A stretch of DNA of 64,000 nucleotides from Eledone cirrhosa. Its lineage: Eukaryota. This document shows, one piece after another, positions 55,601 through 64,000 of this stretch. The stretch covers positions 311,116,001 to 311,180,000 of the forward strand of contig OZ024742.1 of assembly GCA_964016885.1 (NCBI GenBank), written 5' to 3'. How positions within the stretch are numbered: position 1 is the stretch's first letter; each line of letters opens with the position of its first letter. A program made the translations under genes and the position numbers. The notes under the pieces were generated by a model. That model ran no database searches and was not told where the DNA came from. It saw only the letters and a list, made by a program, of their open reading frames with translations.

Positions 55601-55950
55601 AAACACCCAGCACTCACTGTAAATGAGGTTGGTGTTAGGAAGGGCATCCAGCTGTAGAAATCAAGCCAGAATCAGTTCCTGTCCAACCCTTGCAAGCAGG
55701 GAAAAGCAGACGTAAAATGATAATGATGAATAATGATGATATATATATATATGTAAATCGGGATGGATTCAGTAAGAAACTGGTTAGACCATTACTCACC
55801 AGAGTACTTGATACTTGGGATAGTAGTGTATGATTATAAGAATGAGTCAGGACCCCAACGGTTGAGCTCTTGCCATTTCAACAGCTAGTTTCAGACTGAA
55901 TTAGCTGTTGAAACGGCAAGAGCTCAGCCATCAGGGTCCTGACACATTCT

Positions 55951-55988
<38 letters not shown>

Positions 55989-58900
55989 TGAGAGCAGCAG
56001 CAATAGAAAGGTTGTCACATGGTTGGCCAGACTGGATAGTCCTCTCTAGGCCTCTATTGTGTCTGTTTGATTTTGATTGCCAAATACTTCGAAGAGATTG
56101 TATCTGCTCTAATTCTAAAAGTTGGTCTTAAGAAGGAATTGTACTTTAGTAGAGAAATATTGAAACTTACCCTCCATAAGCAGGATATAAAACTGGACTT
56201 CTCAGTCATGCTACTGGCCACCCATTTGTAAACTTTCTCAAAATGGAGATCAAACTCTGCAATCTCTGGAAACTGAATATCAATAATATTTTTAATACAA
56301 ATTTTTTTTTAAATAAAAAAAAATTGAATTTAAAACACACCTTGAAGTCTATTGCTTACATACATACACATCTGCATACATACACTTGCATGTACACGCA
56401 TATGCATACAGACATATACACACACTTATGCATACACACATACAAGCATACACATAGAAAGACACCAAGTATAAAAATGTTGTAGCAACACCCTCTATAT
56501 TTACATAATCAACATTTAATTGAAAGTGTGGTGGATTGGCAGAATTGACAGAACATCAGATAAAATACCATTGTAGTATTTGTTCTGGTTCTTTAAATTC
56601 TGAATTCAGATCCCACTTTCCAACCTTCCAGGGTTGATAAAATAAAATACCAGTCAAGTACTGGGGCTGATTTAATCAACTTTATCTTTACGCCAAATTT
56701 GCTGGCCTTGTGCCTAAATCTGGAATTTGTGGAATATACCTTATATAGTCTGATGTAAAGATGTGGTTAGCGTTAGGAAGGGCATCCAGCCGTAGAAACC
56801 AAGCCCAAATCAGTTCTGTGTGAGCAAATCATGGTCCTCCGATCTGATCCCTCACAAAGGGACAGCCCGACCTACCCATGCTAGCGTGGAAGATGGATGT
56901 TAAACAATGATGGTGATGATGAAGATGATAGTCGTGTATAAGTTGTACTTCCAGCTTATATATATTTAAAATATACCACATTAAGATTTTGTAGGTTCTG
57001 TAGATAGGTCGCATGCTGGTTTTTCACATCATATTTTTGTGGAAAAAGGTGCAACTTATACACAACTAAAAACAATTAAATAACAATTGATTTATGAAGA
57101 GATGAGGGCTTCTGCACAGTTGCCATCTCTCAATTTCATTCACAAGGCTGTAGGAGAAGACATATGAGGTAAGATTAAACTGAAAATCACATGGTCACAA
57201 AACAAACTTCTTAACCATACAGCTATGCCTATGCTTACATGTCATACAAATATGTCCGCTTGATCAGAGCTGACCCATGGGCTGAACAACAACAAACATT
57301 CAACCAGCTACCTATATATCATAGGTCTGATTGACCAGAGCTGACCAAGTGACTAAATAACAAATACTTATACTTACTTTATTGACATCTTTGCCATCAA
57401 CTACTTTCAAATCCCTAAGGGACCAGGACAACTTTTTCTTATAAGATTCTCCTTTGTCTGCTTTCTTTAGTTGGTAGATAAGAGCTTGAACAGGACTGTC
57501 AACAGTTACTGAAGTTAACCAATATACATAGTATTAGTATAATAAAGAGTATAGCACAGTATAACATAGCGCAGCCTATTATATAACATAGTCAACAGTC
57601 GATCGACAAGATCCCAGACCTCGTCAAATCCAAGCAGAAGGAGCAACATGAAATAAAGTGTCTTGCTCAAGTATATAACACATCAAACAGTCCGGGAATC
57701 AAACTCACAACCTCACGATTGCGAATCCAATTCTCTAACCACTCAGCCACACGCCTTACTATAACATAGTACAACATAATATAACAATCTATATCAGAGC
57801 ATGAAAAGCACAATTAATTATTTTCATAATTTTTTTTTCAACTTTGCTTGTTGTGCTGCAAACATACAATTTTTATTTCTTTTATTGAAGTTTTACAATA
57901 ATACATGGCTACCACAACCCTCTTACATATCCTGTATTCAGCTTTAATAGCTGTTTGATATCATCACTGGAAGTTTTTTGCTCTCAGCAGATTCAATATC
58001 ATGGATTATTATCTCAGTAGTTTTTATGCTGTTCTTATACATTCACTGTTTTAATTCTTACCTTACCATATTTCTAATGAAAGATCCTGCCTATGATTTC
58101 AAGTAAAGGTTAAAGTATACTTTATGTTCACATAATAAATATAAATTTGACTACAGCAATATTTAAACAAATAACATAAAAAGGAGCCTTTAAATAACAA
58201 ATGACCACCCCTCTCCCCTCACACAAAAACATACAGTAACAATGTTATCAAAAGCTAATATGGTTCAAACCAACAATTAGCAAGTCGCTCTACATAACTC
58301 AGTTAAATGCCCTGTTGCTTGTCTTTTTTACATATATATATGAGAGCTAGTGCTGGCACCATGATGAATTCTACCTAGTGCACTCTGTAGTGTTGGTGCC
58401 ACAATCAAGCACATCCAGTATACCCTGTAAGGCAGTTGGCATCCAGCTGTAGAAACTATACCAAATATAGAATGTATGAGTAAGATGAGGCCTCTCTGAC
58501 CTATTTAGTCTTGGACCGTGACAACCTGCCCAACTCATGTCAGCGTGGAAGATGGACATAAAATAATGATGATCATCATTATCATTATGATATTCTTACA
58601 GTGAAAAAATTTGATTGAAATGAATGTAGGGTGTGATAAGATATATACACTGAGCCAACACATTTGATTAAAATACACTGTCTGTGTGTGTGTCTGGTTT
58701 AAAATAGGAACACTGTATCCCTGCATATTGTAAGAAGTGACTAAAAGGGTTAGCGTCAGGAAGAGTATTCAGCTGTAAAAGATTGCCTCAAAAAGTCACG
58801 TCCAACTCAGGCCAGCATGGAAAAGTCAGTGTAAAAATGATGATGATTATATATATATATAGTGTATTGGTGTGTAATATTTAGTTACTGATGGTTCACC

Positions 58901-60265
58901 AGTTTGAGCATGCAATGTGGGTCCAGCTTCGATGTGGGATTCTACATTTGGTACTTCACCATTATCGGTATCTTTAGGAAGCAGAGTGTTAATAATAATA
59001 ATAATAATAACAACAACAATAATAATCATCATCGTCGATTAACCTCCATCTTCCACGCTAGTATGGGTTAGATGGGTCCTATTTAGAGGCAAGTTGTGTC
59101 GGGTGGCCTTTCTCACTCATATAGGGGTGTTACTGGCTGATTTTCTATGGCTGGATGCCCTTCCTAATGCCAACCACATTGACAGTGTGGGCTAGGTGCT
59201 TTTTGCCGTGTCTTTTACATGTCCACTTTACAGTGTGGGCTGGGAGGGGTGGGTGGGAGGATAATAATAATAAGGAGCATATATATATATATATATATGT
59301 AAATGGGAAACAGAAATAACAACACAATCGGTACAGTATATGGAAGAGATATATTAGGTTAACGCCAGATATAGCAGGAAGAGGGTCTTAACGTTTCGGA
59401 CGTCATCCTTCATCAGAAAAAAGAATGAGAAGATAGATTGAGGGGTCGGGCAGGTTGGAATATATATTTATGTCAGGTCAGGCTTTTGCCTGCTACAGGT
59501 ACCATGTAACCCAGTACAACCTACTTTATGATTGAGTTGTCAGCAACTAAGTCGGCTCTACCACAAGTCCCTGGTCTGGTGAGGAAGGTAAGTGGAACCC
59601 CAACAACGCAAAAAACAAGAGCTGAAAAAAGGGCAGATGAACTCCTCAAGGTCAACAGTCACCCCCTCCAACTATGGGTTAAATAGCCTCACCAATCCAC
59701 AATTGGCCAAGAATGGTGAGTACAGCTACACCCCTAACATGACCAAAACCAAACAGAAAGTGATGGAGGTCAACCAGGGAGGGGTTCCTCCAACAGAAAT
59801 GAGAAGGCCCTGGATTGGATTGGACTGGACTGTGTGTATATATATACATATGGCTATGTGTGTCCTGGTTTAGAATAGGTACACTGTATCCTTGCATATC
59901 ATAAGAACCAACTAAATGGGTTAGTGTCAAGAAAGGCATTTGGTTGTAAAACATTGCATCTGAAATTTGCGTCCAGCCCATGCCAGCATGGAAAAGTTGA
60001 TGTAAAAACGATGATGTTGATTATATGTCCCAAGGCACAAGTTCTGCTGAATTCAAGCTAACCAGTAGTGATGAATGGGGTATTGAAAATCCACAATAGG
60101 AGCATCTTGTTGACATTAACTGAAGATTCAGTCAAACTTACCTGCTGCACATAAAAAGCTGCTTTTTTTCTTCTTTCCTGCTTTTGCAACATGGACTAGT
60201 CCAACAAGTCTCTCTTCAGCAGGGAGAAACACCTCCCTTTGAAGGGTATGTTTAATTGCAGTCAT
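9048..60265 (-). CDS. EXOC1: Exocyst complex component 1 (Sec3), full spliced gene span, 24 coding exons, about 866 aa
   Basis: Manually joined exons all have GT-AG ends and consistent phases, totalling 2601 nt. The peptide runs from [20 protein letters not shown] to [28 protein letters not shown]...IARLH* and is collinear with the vertebrate EXOC1 sequence as I recall it. Confidence 0.96.
9640..9711 (-). CDS. EXOC1: EXOC1 exon 23 ([24 protein letters not shown])
   Basis: tgacag| ... |gtgagt; 72 nt. Confidence 0.96.
9755..10190 (-). mobile_element. RTE LINE 3' fragment
   Basis: [13 protein letters not shown]...[11 protein letters not shown]...RGRPRKTW. Confidence 0.85.
10456..10676. mobile_element. 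piggyBac-like MITE, family A
   Basis: Same TIRs and internal sequence. Confidence 0.8.
11071..11193 (-). CDS. EXOC1: EXOC1 exon 22 ([41 protein letters not shown])
   Basis: tttcag| ... |gtaagc; 123 nt; [14 protein letters not shown] motif. Confidence 0.96.
12806..12930 (-). CDS. EXOC1: EXOC1 exon 21 ([42 protein letters not shown])
   Basis: ctgcag| ... |gtaagt; 125 nt; [10 protein letters not shown] motif. Confidence 0.95.
13438..13458 (-). CDS. EXOC1: EXOC1 exon 20, 21-nt microexon (ENYHRMN)
   Basis: ttttacag| ... T|gtgagt; phase 1 to 1; fills the conserved ENFHH segment. Confidence 0.9.
13495..13875 (-). mobile_element. Two tandem MetaSINE-like elements
   Basis: Reverse complement of the same head and core, twice; located about 40 nt from the acceptor of the 21-nt microexon. 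Confidence 0.75.
15181..15334 (-). CDS. EXOC1: EXOC1 exon 19 ([51 protein letters not shown])
   Basis: gtgtag| ... G|gtaggt; 154 nt. Confidence 0.95.
16167..16250 (-). CDS. EXOC1: EXOC1 exon 18 ([28 protein letters not shown])
   Basis: tttcag| ... |gtgagt; 84 nt. Confidence 0.92.
16393..16519 (-). CDS. EXOC1: EXOC1 exon 17 ([43 protein letters not shown])
   Basis: ttccag| ... |gtaagt; 127 nt; KRNFD motif. Confidence 0.95.
16632..16832. mobile_element. piggyBac-like MITE, family A, nested in a MetaSINE-like copy
   Basis: TTAA flanks split the SINE motif gtcgattaa|attgatccc. Confidence 0.8.
17085..17950 (-). mobile_element. Degenerate RTE LINE 3' part
   Basis: Reverse-strand remnants of the LYAD and FSYLG motifs, the 3' ORF and the tail. 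Confidence 0.7.
18052..18132 (-). CDS. EXOC1: EXOC1 exon 16 ([26 protein letters not shown])
   Basis: tttcag| ... TG|gtaagt; 81 nt. Confidence 0.93.
18408..18712. repeat. Tandem repeat of about 80 bp, nearly 4 copies
   Basis: CCATCTAACATC recurs near 18411, 18493, 18571 and 18653. Confidence 0.9.
18976..18999 (-). CDS. EXOC1: EXOC1 exon 15, 24-nt microexon (RQINEEMR)
   Basis: ttttgctgcag| ... CG|gtaagt; phase 2 to 2; reads directly into RMMTDLF. Confidence 0.85.
20230..22530 (+). mobile_element. Old, degenerate RTE-clade LINE ORF2
   Basis: Interrupted motifs [25 protein letters not shown] and YGHVM, and the same 3' end as the other RTE copies; many stops and frameshifts. Confidence 0.85.
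22868..23130. repeat. 22-bp minisatellite (CATCAACATAATACAGTTATATAAG-like)
   Basis: Visible tandem copies. Confidence 0.9.
26165..26590 (+). mobile_element. Two tandem MetaSINE-like elements
   Basis: tRNA-like head ...GAGTTCAAATC plus core GCCTTTCATCCTT..GGGGTCGATAAAATAAAGTACCAG. Other copies lie near 1, 2135, 8360, 9260, 11940, 13995, 14580, 16575, 23700, 27615, 53895, 56525 and 63770. Confidence 0.75.
26770..27140. repeat. Degenerate minisatellite of about 19 bp (ACACATCAACATGTAATGTT)
   Basis: Visible tandem copies. Confidence 0.8.
28317..28740 (+). mobile_element. 3' end of Tx1/L1-like LINE
   Basis: [35 protein letters not shown]...*, then a UTR, AATAAA and a (TATC)n tail; an older copy lies at about 42430-42750. 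Confidence 0.6.
28782..29108 (+). mobile_element. tRNA-derived CORE-type SINE with RTE-derived tail
   Basis: A/B-box head (TGGCTTAGTGG...GAGTTCAATTC) and MIR-CORE-like CCTTGAGCAAGAxACTT...CTCAGCTGTAGAAATG; the tail is shared with the RTE 3'UTR. Confidence 0.8.
29224..30632 (+). mobile_element. 5'-truncated young RTE-clade LINE (RT C-terminal half with PHD finger, 3'UTR, (GAT)n tail)
   Basis: Uninterrupted ORF with [51 protein letters not shown] and GRPKMTW motifs. Confidence 0.93.
31935..31994 (-). CDS. EXOC1: Probable EXOC1 cassette exon ([20 protein letters not shown]), not counted among the 24
   Basis: gattcatttttag| ... GT|gtaagt; 60 nt; open in the required phase 2 to 2. Confidence 0.55.
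32302..32527 (-). mobile_element. 3' end of R4/Dong-like RLE non-LTR retrotransposon
   Basis: [47 protein letters not shown]; (TAA)n on both flanks. Confidence 0.75.
32753..32973. mobile_element. piggyBac-like MITE, family A
   Basis: TTAA|CCCTTTAGCATTTA ... TAAATGCTAAAGGG|TTAA: 14-bp TIR and TTAA target duplication. Confidence 0.85.
35200..35434. mobile_element. TTAA MITE, family B
   Basis: TTAACTCTT..CATCCTGTA ... TACAGGATGTTAAGAGTTAA; a second copy lies at about 19178-19386 and a partial copy near 42780. Confidence 0.65.
36110..36660. repeat. Minisatellite of about 31 bp (CTGAGCCAAGAAGATAGTGACTCTTTCTRCM)
   Basis: About 17 diverged tandem copies. Confidence 0.92.
36802..36860 (-). CDS. 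EXOC1: EXOC1 exon 14, linker ([19 protein letters not shown])
   Basis: tattag| ... GA|gtaagt; 59 nt. It supplies exactly the phase 0 to 2 shift needed to join exon 13 to the 24-nt exon. Confidence 0.8.
38167..38262 (-). CDS. EXOC1: EXOC1 exon 13 ([32 protein letters not shown])
   Basis: tcctag| ... |gtaagc; 96 nt; VLSELEP.CLAEQ motif. Confidence 0.94.
38623..38762 (-). CDS. EXOC1: EXOC1 exon 12 ([47 protein letters not shown])
   Basis: tttcag| ... CAG|gtatgt; 140 nt; phase 1 to 0. Confidence 0.9.
39858..39960 (-). CDS. EXOC1: EXOC1 exon 11 ([34 protein letters not shown])
   Basis: atctag| ... A|gtaagt; 103 nt. Confidence 0.92.
39975..40282. repeat. Minisatellite of about 30 bp (CATTTCACATAACAACAGATGTGATAGTAA)
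   Basis: About 10 copies starting 15 nt from the exon 11 acceptor. Confidence 0.9.
40318..40775 (-). mobile_element. Second RTE-like LINE family, 3' fragment with (GAA)n tail
   Basis: [31 protein letters not shown]; a related piece lies at 23335-23465. Confidence 0.75.
41243..41392 (-). CDS. EXOC1: EXOC1 exon 10 ([50 protein letters not shown])
   Basis: tggcag| ... AAG|gtaaaa; 150 nt. Confidence 0.94.
42228..42337 (-). CDS. EXOC1: EXOC1 exon 9 ([37 protein letters not shown])
   Basis: ttgcag| ... CAG|gtttgt; 110 nt. Confidence 0.93.
42902..43034 (-). CDS. EXOC1: EXOC1 exon 8 ([44 protein letters not shown])
   Basis: tattag| ... G|gtaaat; 133 nt. Confidence 0.92.
43296..43476. mobile_element. 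piggyBac-like MITE, family A (internally deleted)
   Basis: TIRs and TTAA flanks. Confidence 0.8.
43845..43946 (-). CDS. EXOC1: EXOC1 exon 7 ([34 protein letters not shown])
   Basis: cacag| ... |gtaagt; 102 nt. Confidence 0.92.
44520..49578. repeat. 30-bp tandem satellite, about 168 copies
   Basis: Unit ACACACCATACTAATGTAACCCTYTAYAGY, in perfect register for about 5 kb. Confidence 0.99.
49589..49969. mobile_element. Non-autonomous DNA transposon with TAGGGTG termini (hATm-like)
   Basis: Perfect 14-bp TIR TAGGGTGGCCCTTA ... TAAGGGCCACCCTA; no clear target-site duplication. Confidence 0.7.
50055..50782 (-). mobile_element. 3' fragment of the same young RTE LINE family
   Basis: Near-identical reverse complement of about 29900-30632, including [18 protein letters not shown] and the tail. 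Confidence 0.92.
50878..51660. repeat. Purine-rich minisatellite (GAGAAAAGGAGAGCAAT-like)
   Basis: Visible tandem array with 17-, 18- and 27-bp sub-periods. Confidence 0.95.
51662..52031 (+). mobile_element. Transposase remnant related to the 49589-49969 element
   Basis: [20 protein letters not shown]...STWKDDPGY peptide resembles the C-terminus of hATm-type transposases; shares CAAAATTTTAACTTTCGGAAAATTACCTAT with 49923-49952. Confidence 0.5.
52127..52252 (-). CDS. EXOC1: EXOC1 exon 6 ([42 protein letters not shown])
   Basis: ttctag| ... |gtaagt; 126 nt. Confidence 0.94.
53380..53725 (+). mobile_element. RTE LINE 3' fragment
   Basis: [13 protein letters not shown]...[10 protein letters not shown]...RGRPQKTW followed by a (GAT)n tail. 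Confidence 0.88.
54215..54411 (-). CDS. EXOC1: EXOC1 exon 5 (EVPRPSGQ...[44 protein letters not shown])
   Basis: aacag| ... |gtgagt; 197 nt; ISNAEAF motif. Confidence 0.94.
54459..54679. mobile_element. piggyBac-like MITE, family A
   Basis: TIRs and internal sequence. Confidence 0.8.
55015..55078 (-). CDS. EXOC1: EXOC1 exon 4 ([21 protein letters not shown])
   Basis: ttttcag| ... G|gtaggc; 64 nt; phase 0 to 1. Confidence 0.9.
55347..55740 (+). mobile_element. CORE-type SINE with RTE tail (second young copy)
   Basis: Near-identical to 28782-29108. Other CORE copies lie near 1735, 11555, 25530, 27460, 30735, 37195, 41860, 43520, 52760, 54730 and 57590. Confidence 0.8.
56171..56272 (-). CDS. 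EXOC1: EXOC1 exon 3 ((FP)[32 protein letters not shown])
   Basis: [15 protein letters not shown] motif; donor AGG|gtaagt. The acceptor is ambiguous (see findings); I used the in-frame attcag. Confidence 0.85.
57378..57508 (-). CDS. EXOC1: EXOC1 exon 2 ([44 protein letters not shown])
   Basis: cttcag| ... |gtaagt; 131 nt; phase 1 to 0; Sec3 N-terminal PH-like region. Confidence 0.93.
59384..59422 (-). ncRNA. Minimal type I hammerhead-ribozyme-like motif (Penelope-like element remnant)
   Basis: uuuu-CUGAUGA-a-GGA-ugacg-UCC-GAAA-CGUU-aaga; palindromic AACGUU stem III; weak stem I. Confidence 0.55.
60142..60265 (-). CDS. EXOC1: EXOC1 coding exon 1 ([41 protein letters not shown])
   Basis: Acceptor ...ctctttctcacag lies 2 nt before the ATG; donor G|gtaagt; 124 nt; ends in phase 1. 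Confidence 0.95.
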
Positions 60266-60344
60266 TACTGTGAGAAAGAGAAGGAATAAACACATGAATT
60301 GAGGTGTGTGTGTGTGCACATGTGCTGTCAAGGGCTCTTAATAC

Positions 60345-60609
60345 TTTAACTCTATCATTATCATATTTCTAATTAAAGACACAGCCTATTGTTTTTAAAT
60401 AATTTTCAGTATAATCAAGATTTTACAGGGATTTAGTAATGTTACTAACTTTCACATTATTAAGCTGGTGTTTGGAACATAATGTAATGAAGGTTCTTAC
60501 AAGATATTATGATGGAATATTCCTAGATAAACATGAACACTTTAAAACAAACGATTTTGTATCCTATAACTAAAGGCAGTTTCAGAAGGGTTGGCATCAA
60601 AAGGGTTAA
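60345..60609. mobile_element. TTAA MITE, family C
   Basis: Ends in CATCAAAAGGGTTAA; related pieces at about 125-186, 14205-14490 and 15852-15930. Confidence 0.55.
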
Positions 60610-61199
60610 AATAACTTGGAGGCCTAGTCAACACAAAATGCATTATAAATTTGACCCTACAACCAATAGTGAGTTGCCCCATCAGTAAATGCTTGTTGTT
60701 GTTATGAATTTTTTAAAATATTTAAATATAACTTCTACTTTTTCCTGGAGAGCATCCAAAAAGAAGTATTGTGATGCCTCACTTGTGAAATTTAGATGAA
60801 TAGTTTAGGAAATATGCTAATTTGAATGGTCAGCGAATTGGTCAAAATCTTGCCAAATTAGGCCTAAATGAATAATTAGCCATATTTGTGATGTAATATC
60901 TTTGAAACTGAGGTGATAATAATCTTCAAATTACACAAATTAATAGTGTCCATAGGATAGCAGTTGCCTATTTTTTTTCAGATTCTTGAAAATGAACCCT
61001 ATTTTTTTTTTATATTTACGTAAAGCCTATTTTGTTGCATGTAACAAACAGTCGATTTTGCAACGTGAGTGTCAGTTTTTCATGTGTTTTCAGACCTAGC
61101 TAAATCAAAAAGTTCAAGCCACAGGGACTCGAGTTTGGGATTCAACTACGCTGGAAAAAAATAGTTTGGTGTTAATTCCTGGTATTTTAGAATTTTATT

Positions 61200-62560
61200 C
61201 TGTTCGGCTATGGAAAGAACCTCATTTTTACCACAGCATCAAGGATCAGGGAAGGAGCAAATGAGTCACTGACTGTGGAGTCACAAATGAGACATCTATT
61301 GATCAGATTGATCAAAGACAAAGTTGAAAGTGTCTCTCGAACATAAAATGTCCCAAACTCTCTGCTTCAGTCTATCCTCCTCTGTATCAGGAACTGCCAA
61401 ACCTAACTCTCTCCATTGTAGTAGCTCTTCATCAATCTTCCTGTTGGAACTAATTCATGTTCAGAAAGGATGTTACCCACCAAAGGGGAACAAACATGGA
61501 TAGAGAAAAGAAAGAAGGGAAGATACAGAGATGAGCATTTACACAGACCTTGGCTACCAAATCATTTGGGCAATACAGCCTACCAAAGATTAGGTCGTCA
61601 AAGCATTGAAGAGATGAGAAGAATCTTAGGAGGGACTGACTCTGAGCAGATAGAATAACTTAGATACCAATAGGTAATTTCTAAGTGAAAAAAAAACTTT
61701 GATGGGACAATAGAAAGTTAGGCACAAAAGCTAGATCAGTAATTGGGGTTCCAAGGGAGCACCATGCTGATGAGGGAAATACGATAGAAGGTAAGAATTG
61801 TGTAAACAGGTCTACAGTCTACTGGTGTGAAACTGGGTGCTTGAGAAGCCATAGCTCTCACTTACAGCTGTTGACATGGACGCCCCTATGATCAAGTTCC
61901 TCAATCATTGTCTTCACAGACACAAAGACCTTATCTGGAAGACCCTCCAAAACAAGCATCAAGATACTAGATATTTAAATCTAGGCAGCCCCTACCTTAG
62001 TAATATAAAGTAAGTCCAAGCAGATCACCTTGTTGGACTCCTGAGGCAGATACGAATTGGTCACCAAAGGAAGGGTAAGAGAGCTCCTGATAAGCCTACC
62101 AAGCAAAGTGGTAGAGCTGTGGGGCTCTCTTCTTTACTAAGTGGAGGAGGACATCATAACTAATGGAGTTGAAGGTATTCTTGTGGTCAAGTTTGAAGAT
62201 AACTTTGGTGATCTCAGAAGGCAAGTTGGTAAAACTCTTCTGGCATGCCAGCTGCCTCACAACCCAGCTTGGTACCCACCCTTAGCTGAGTAGAGGAAAA
62301 TTCTGCAGACAGACAGTCTGAGATCGATGGGAGATTTTGCTATGAGCCGTTGAAGTATGCATCCAACTGCAATGGGGAAGAAAAAGCCATTGGGCTTTGT
62401 GAGGCCAAACAGTTTAGCCCCATAGAACAAGGGTTGAATATAGGGGAAGACACTCTTGGACGAGAACATGTTGACAAACTGGGTCAGATTCTCCAAGAGC
62501 TCGGTGCCGGTATCACCAGCCAACAGACATACTATCCTTAAGATGCTGGGGTCGTAGACC
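61200..62560 (-). mobile_element. Degenerate CRE-clade non-LTR retrotransposon RT
   Basis: FYGAKLFGLTKPNG..PIAVGCILQRLIAK, KLDHKNTFNSI, SGVQQGDLLG, YLD and LGTPI motifs, with stops. Confidence 0.75.
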
Positions 62561-63593
62561 TTCACAAAAGACATATCTCACCCACTTCAAAGTGAGTGGG
62601 AGATCTCCCCGTCTAACGGGGATAGTTGACAGGTCTGGTATTACACAGGGCGAGGGAGGTCAGAGGAGAATGAATATAGTGAAAATGAATGAAACTGCAA
62701 TAAAATAATGTTTATACAAGGCTAATAACCAAGACTGAACAAAAGAATCAGCTAGATAGAAAAAAAAAATAAGTTGTAGTGACTTCGAAGTTTCAGCTTG
62801 GTCAGAGGAAGCGTCCAAACTTCGAAGCCACTGTCACTTTTCTACTCAGAAAATAAAATTCACACTCAGCCCACAAGTATTGAGTGCTTATTCATTATAT
62901 GTTTGAAGTACTGTAGTATTTTCAATACCCATTTTAATAATAAGCCAAGCTTTGTGTGATCAGGTACCAGAGAATAATGAAATTTAGTGGTAGGTAGTGT
63001 TTACTTAAAACGAAAGGTTGCCCAGTTTAATTTTCGAGATGGTAGGCGAATATTCGATTCACTAGAAATAGCAGCCAAATCTCTCTCGTTGCACATTCTA
63101 CGTCATTTTTAAAAAAAAATGGACATATCAGATAATGTCATTGTGAATGCAGTGACTAAGAAAGGGGACAGGATAGTCACACCTGGAAAATGTTCGTGAT
63201 ATATCTCCTGACACGGGGTTAATCTAGGGATGAACAACAATAACTAATTTGTTGTCAGGTTTCTGTGGGAGGGGTCGTATTAAAAGGTAGTACGGCTGTT
63301 GCCGGTCTATCCTAATAGAGATGTTTTAGATACATATCTTTATTTATTTAGTGTTTGTTTTAGAAGATTTGTGTATTGAACACCTAAAATATATTTTAAA
63401 CTATCATATCAATAAAATACACCATGATAATACATGTAATAATTTGATAACATTAAAGAAATTTGTTTAAAATATTCAGACGACACGTCTTTTATATTTA
63501 AATCAAATGAAAGTAGTCATGTTTTATTAATATTTATAAAGTGAATTATAACACATACAAAGTGGATATAATTAAAATAACAGTTTAACTTAC

Positions 63594-63720
63594 TGTCTGG
63601 TTATTTTGTGAAAGTCAAATAAATAAGGTTTCCTCTAGTTTGTTATTTGTGTTATACATTTTTTACAACTACGCCATTACAGACGATAGTGAGGCTCACA
63701 GCCAAAACTAATGCATCATA
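63594..63720 (-). promoter_or_regulatory. Probable non-coding first exon and promoter-proximal region of EXOC1
   Basis: The ATG exon starts with an acceptor, so an upstream UTR exon is required. A CA|gtaagt donor sits at 63593-63588, a YY1-like ATGGCG is near 63675, and CpG density rises towards the window end. The upstream limit is a guess. Confidence 0.45.
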
Positions 63721-64000
63721 TAAATCCAATTTATTTAATTCGACTAGTTGCGCTTTGCTAACTTCAATAAATTTTTGCTTCGTTTTGGAGCAAGGTCAGC
63801 AATTTAAAGGGAAGCGTTAAGTCGATTAAAATGGCCTCAGTGCATTACAGGTACTTTATTTTATCGAACCATTTTTAATGTTCTCTATATATCAAATCGT
63901 GTCCAATTTTTCGGCATTTAATCGTTTCGCCGTGGATTTTTTTAAACGCCACTCTAATTTTATTTTATTATGCTTTTAAAACGTTTTCGAATTTTCGTGT

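Noticed and set aside
58889-58971. Possible 83-nt extra EXOC1 exon ([28 protein letters not shown])
   Set aside because: It has a weak AAG acceptor and weak donor, would shift the frame, and exons 1 and 2 already join collinearly with homologues.

Overview
AT-rich, repeat-dense animal genomic DNA. The SINE/LINE complement and microsatellite load suggest an octopod cephalopod, but that is an inference. Almost the whole window is one gene on the minus strand, EXOC1/Sec3 (exocyst complex component 1). I reconstructed it by hand as 24 phase-consistent GT-AG coding exons from ATG at 60265 to TAA at 9048 (2601 nt, about 866 aa). The model includes 21-nt and 24-nt microexons, a probable 60-nt cassette exon and a probable non-coding first exon near 63.6 kb. 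The introns hold RTE-clade LINE fragments (one with a PHD finger inside the RT domain), CRE-, R4/Dong- and Tx1-like LINE remnants, CORE-type and Meta-type SINEs, piggyBac-like TTAA MITEs, a hATm-like MITE and transposase remnant, a non-autonomous Helitron, a 5-kb 30-bp satellite and many minisatellites. Most long ORFs in the supplied track are repeat artefacts. I cannot claim a proven new system. The best leads are hammerhead-ribozyme-like cores in small palindromic elements, an alternative-exon region with competing hairpins, a 112-nt intronic hairpin, minisatellites built on splice donors, and a satellite whose common variants are all synonymous in one 1704-codon antisense frame. Family names come from recalled motifs, not database searches, and repeat boundaries are approximate.
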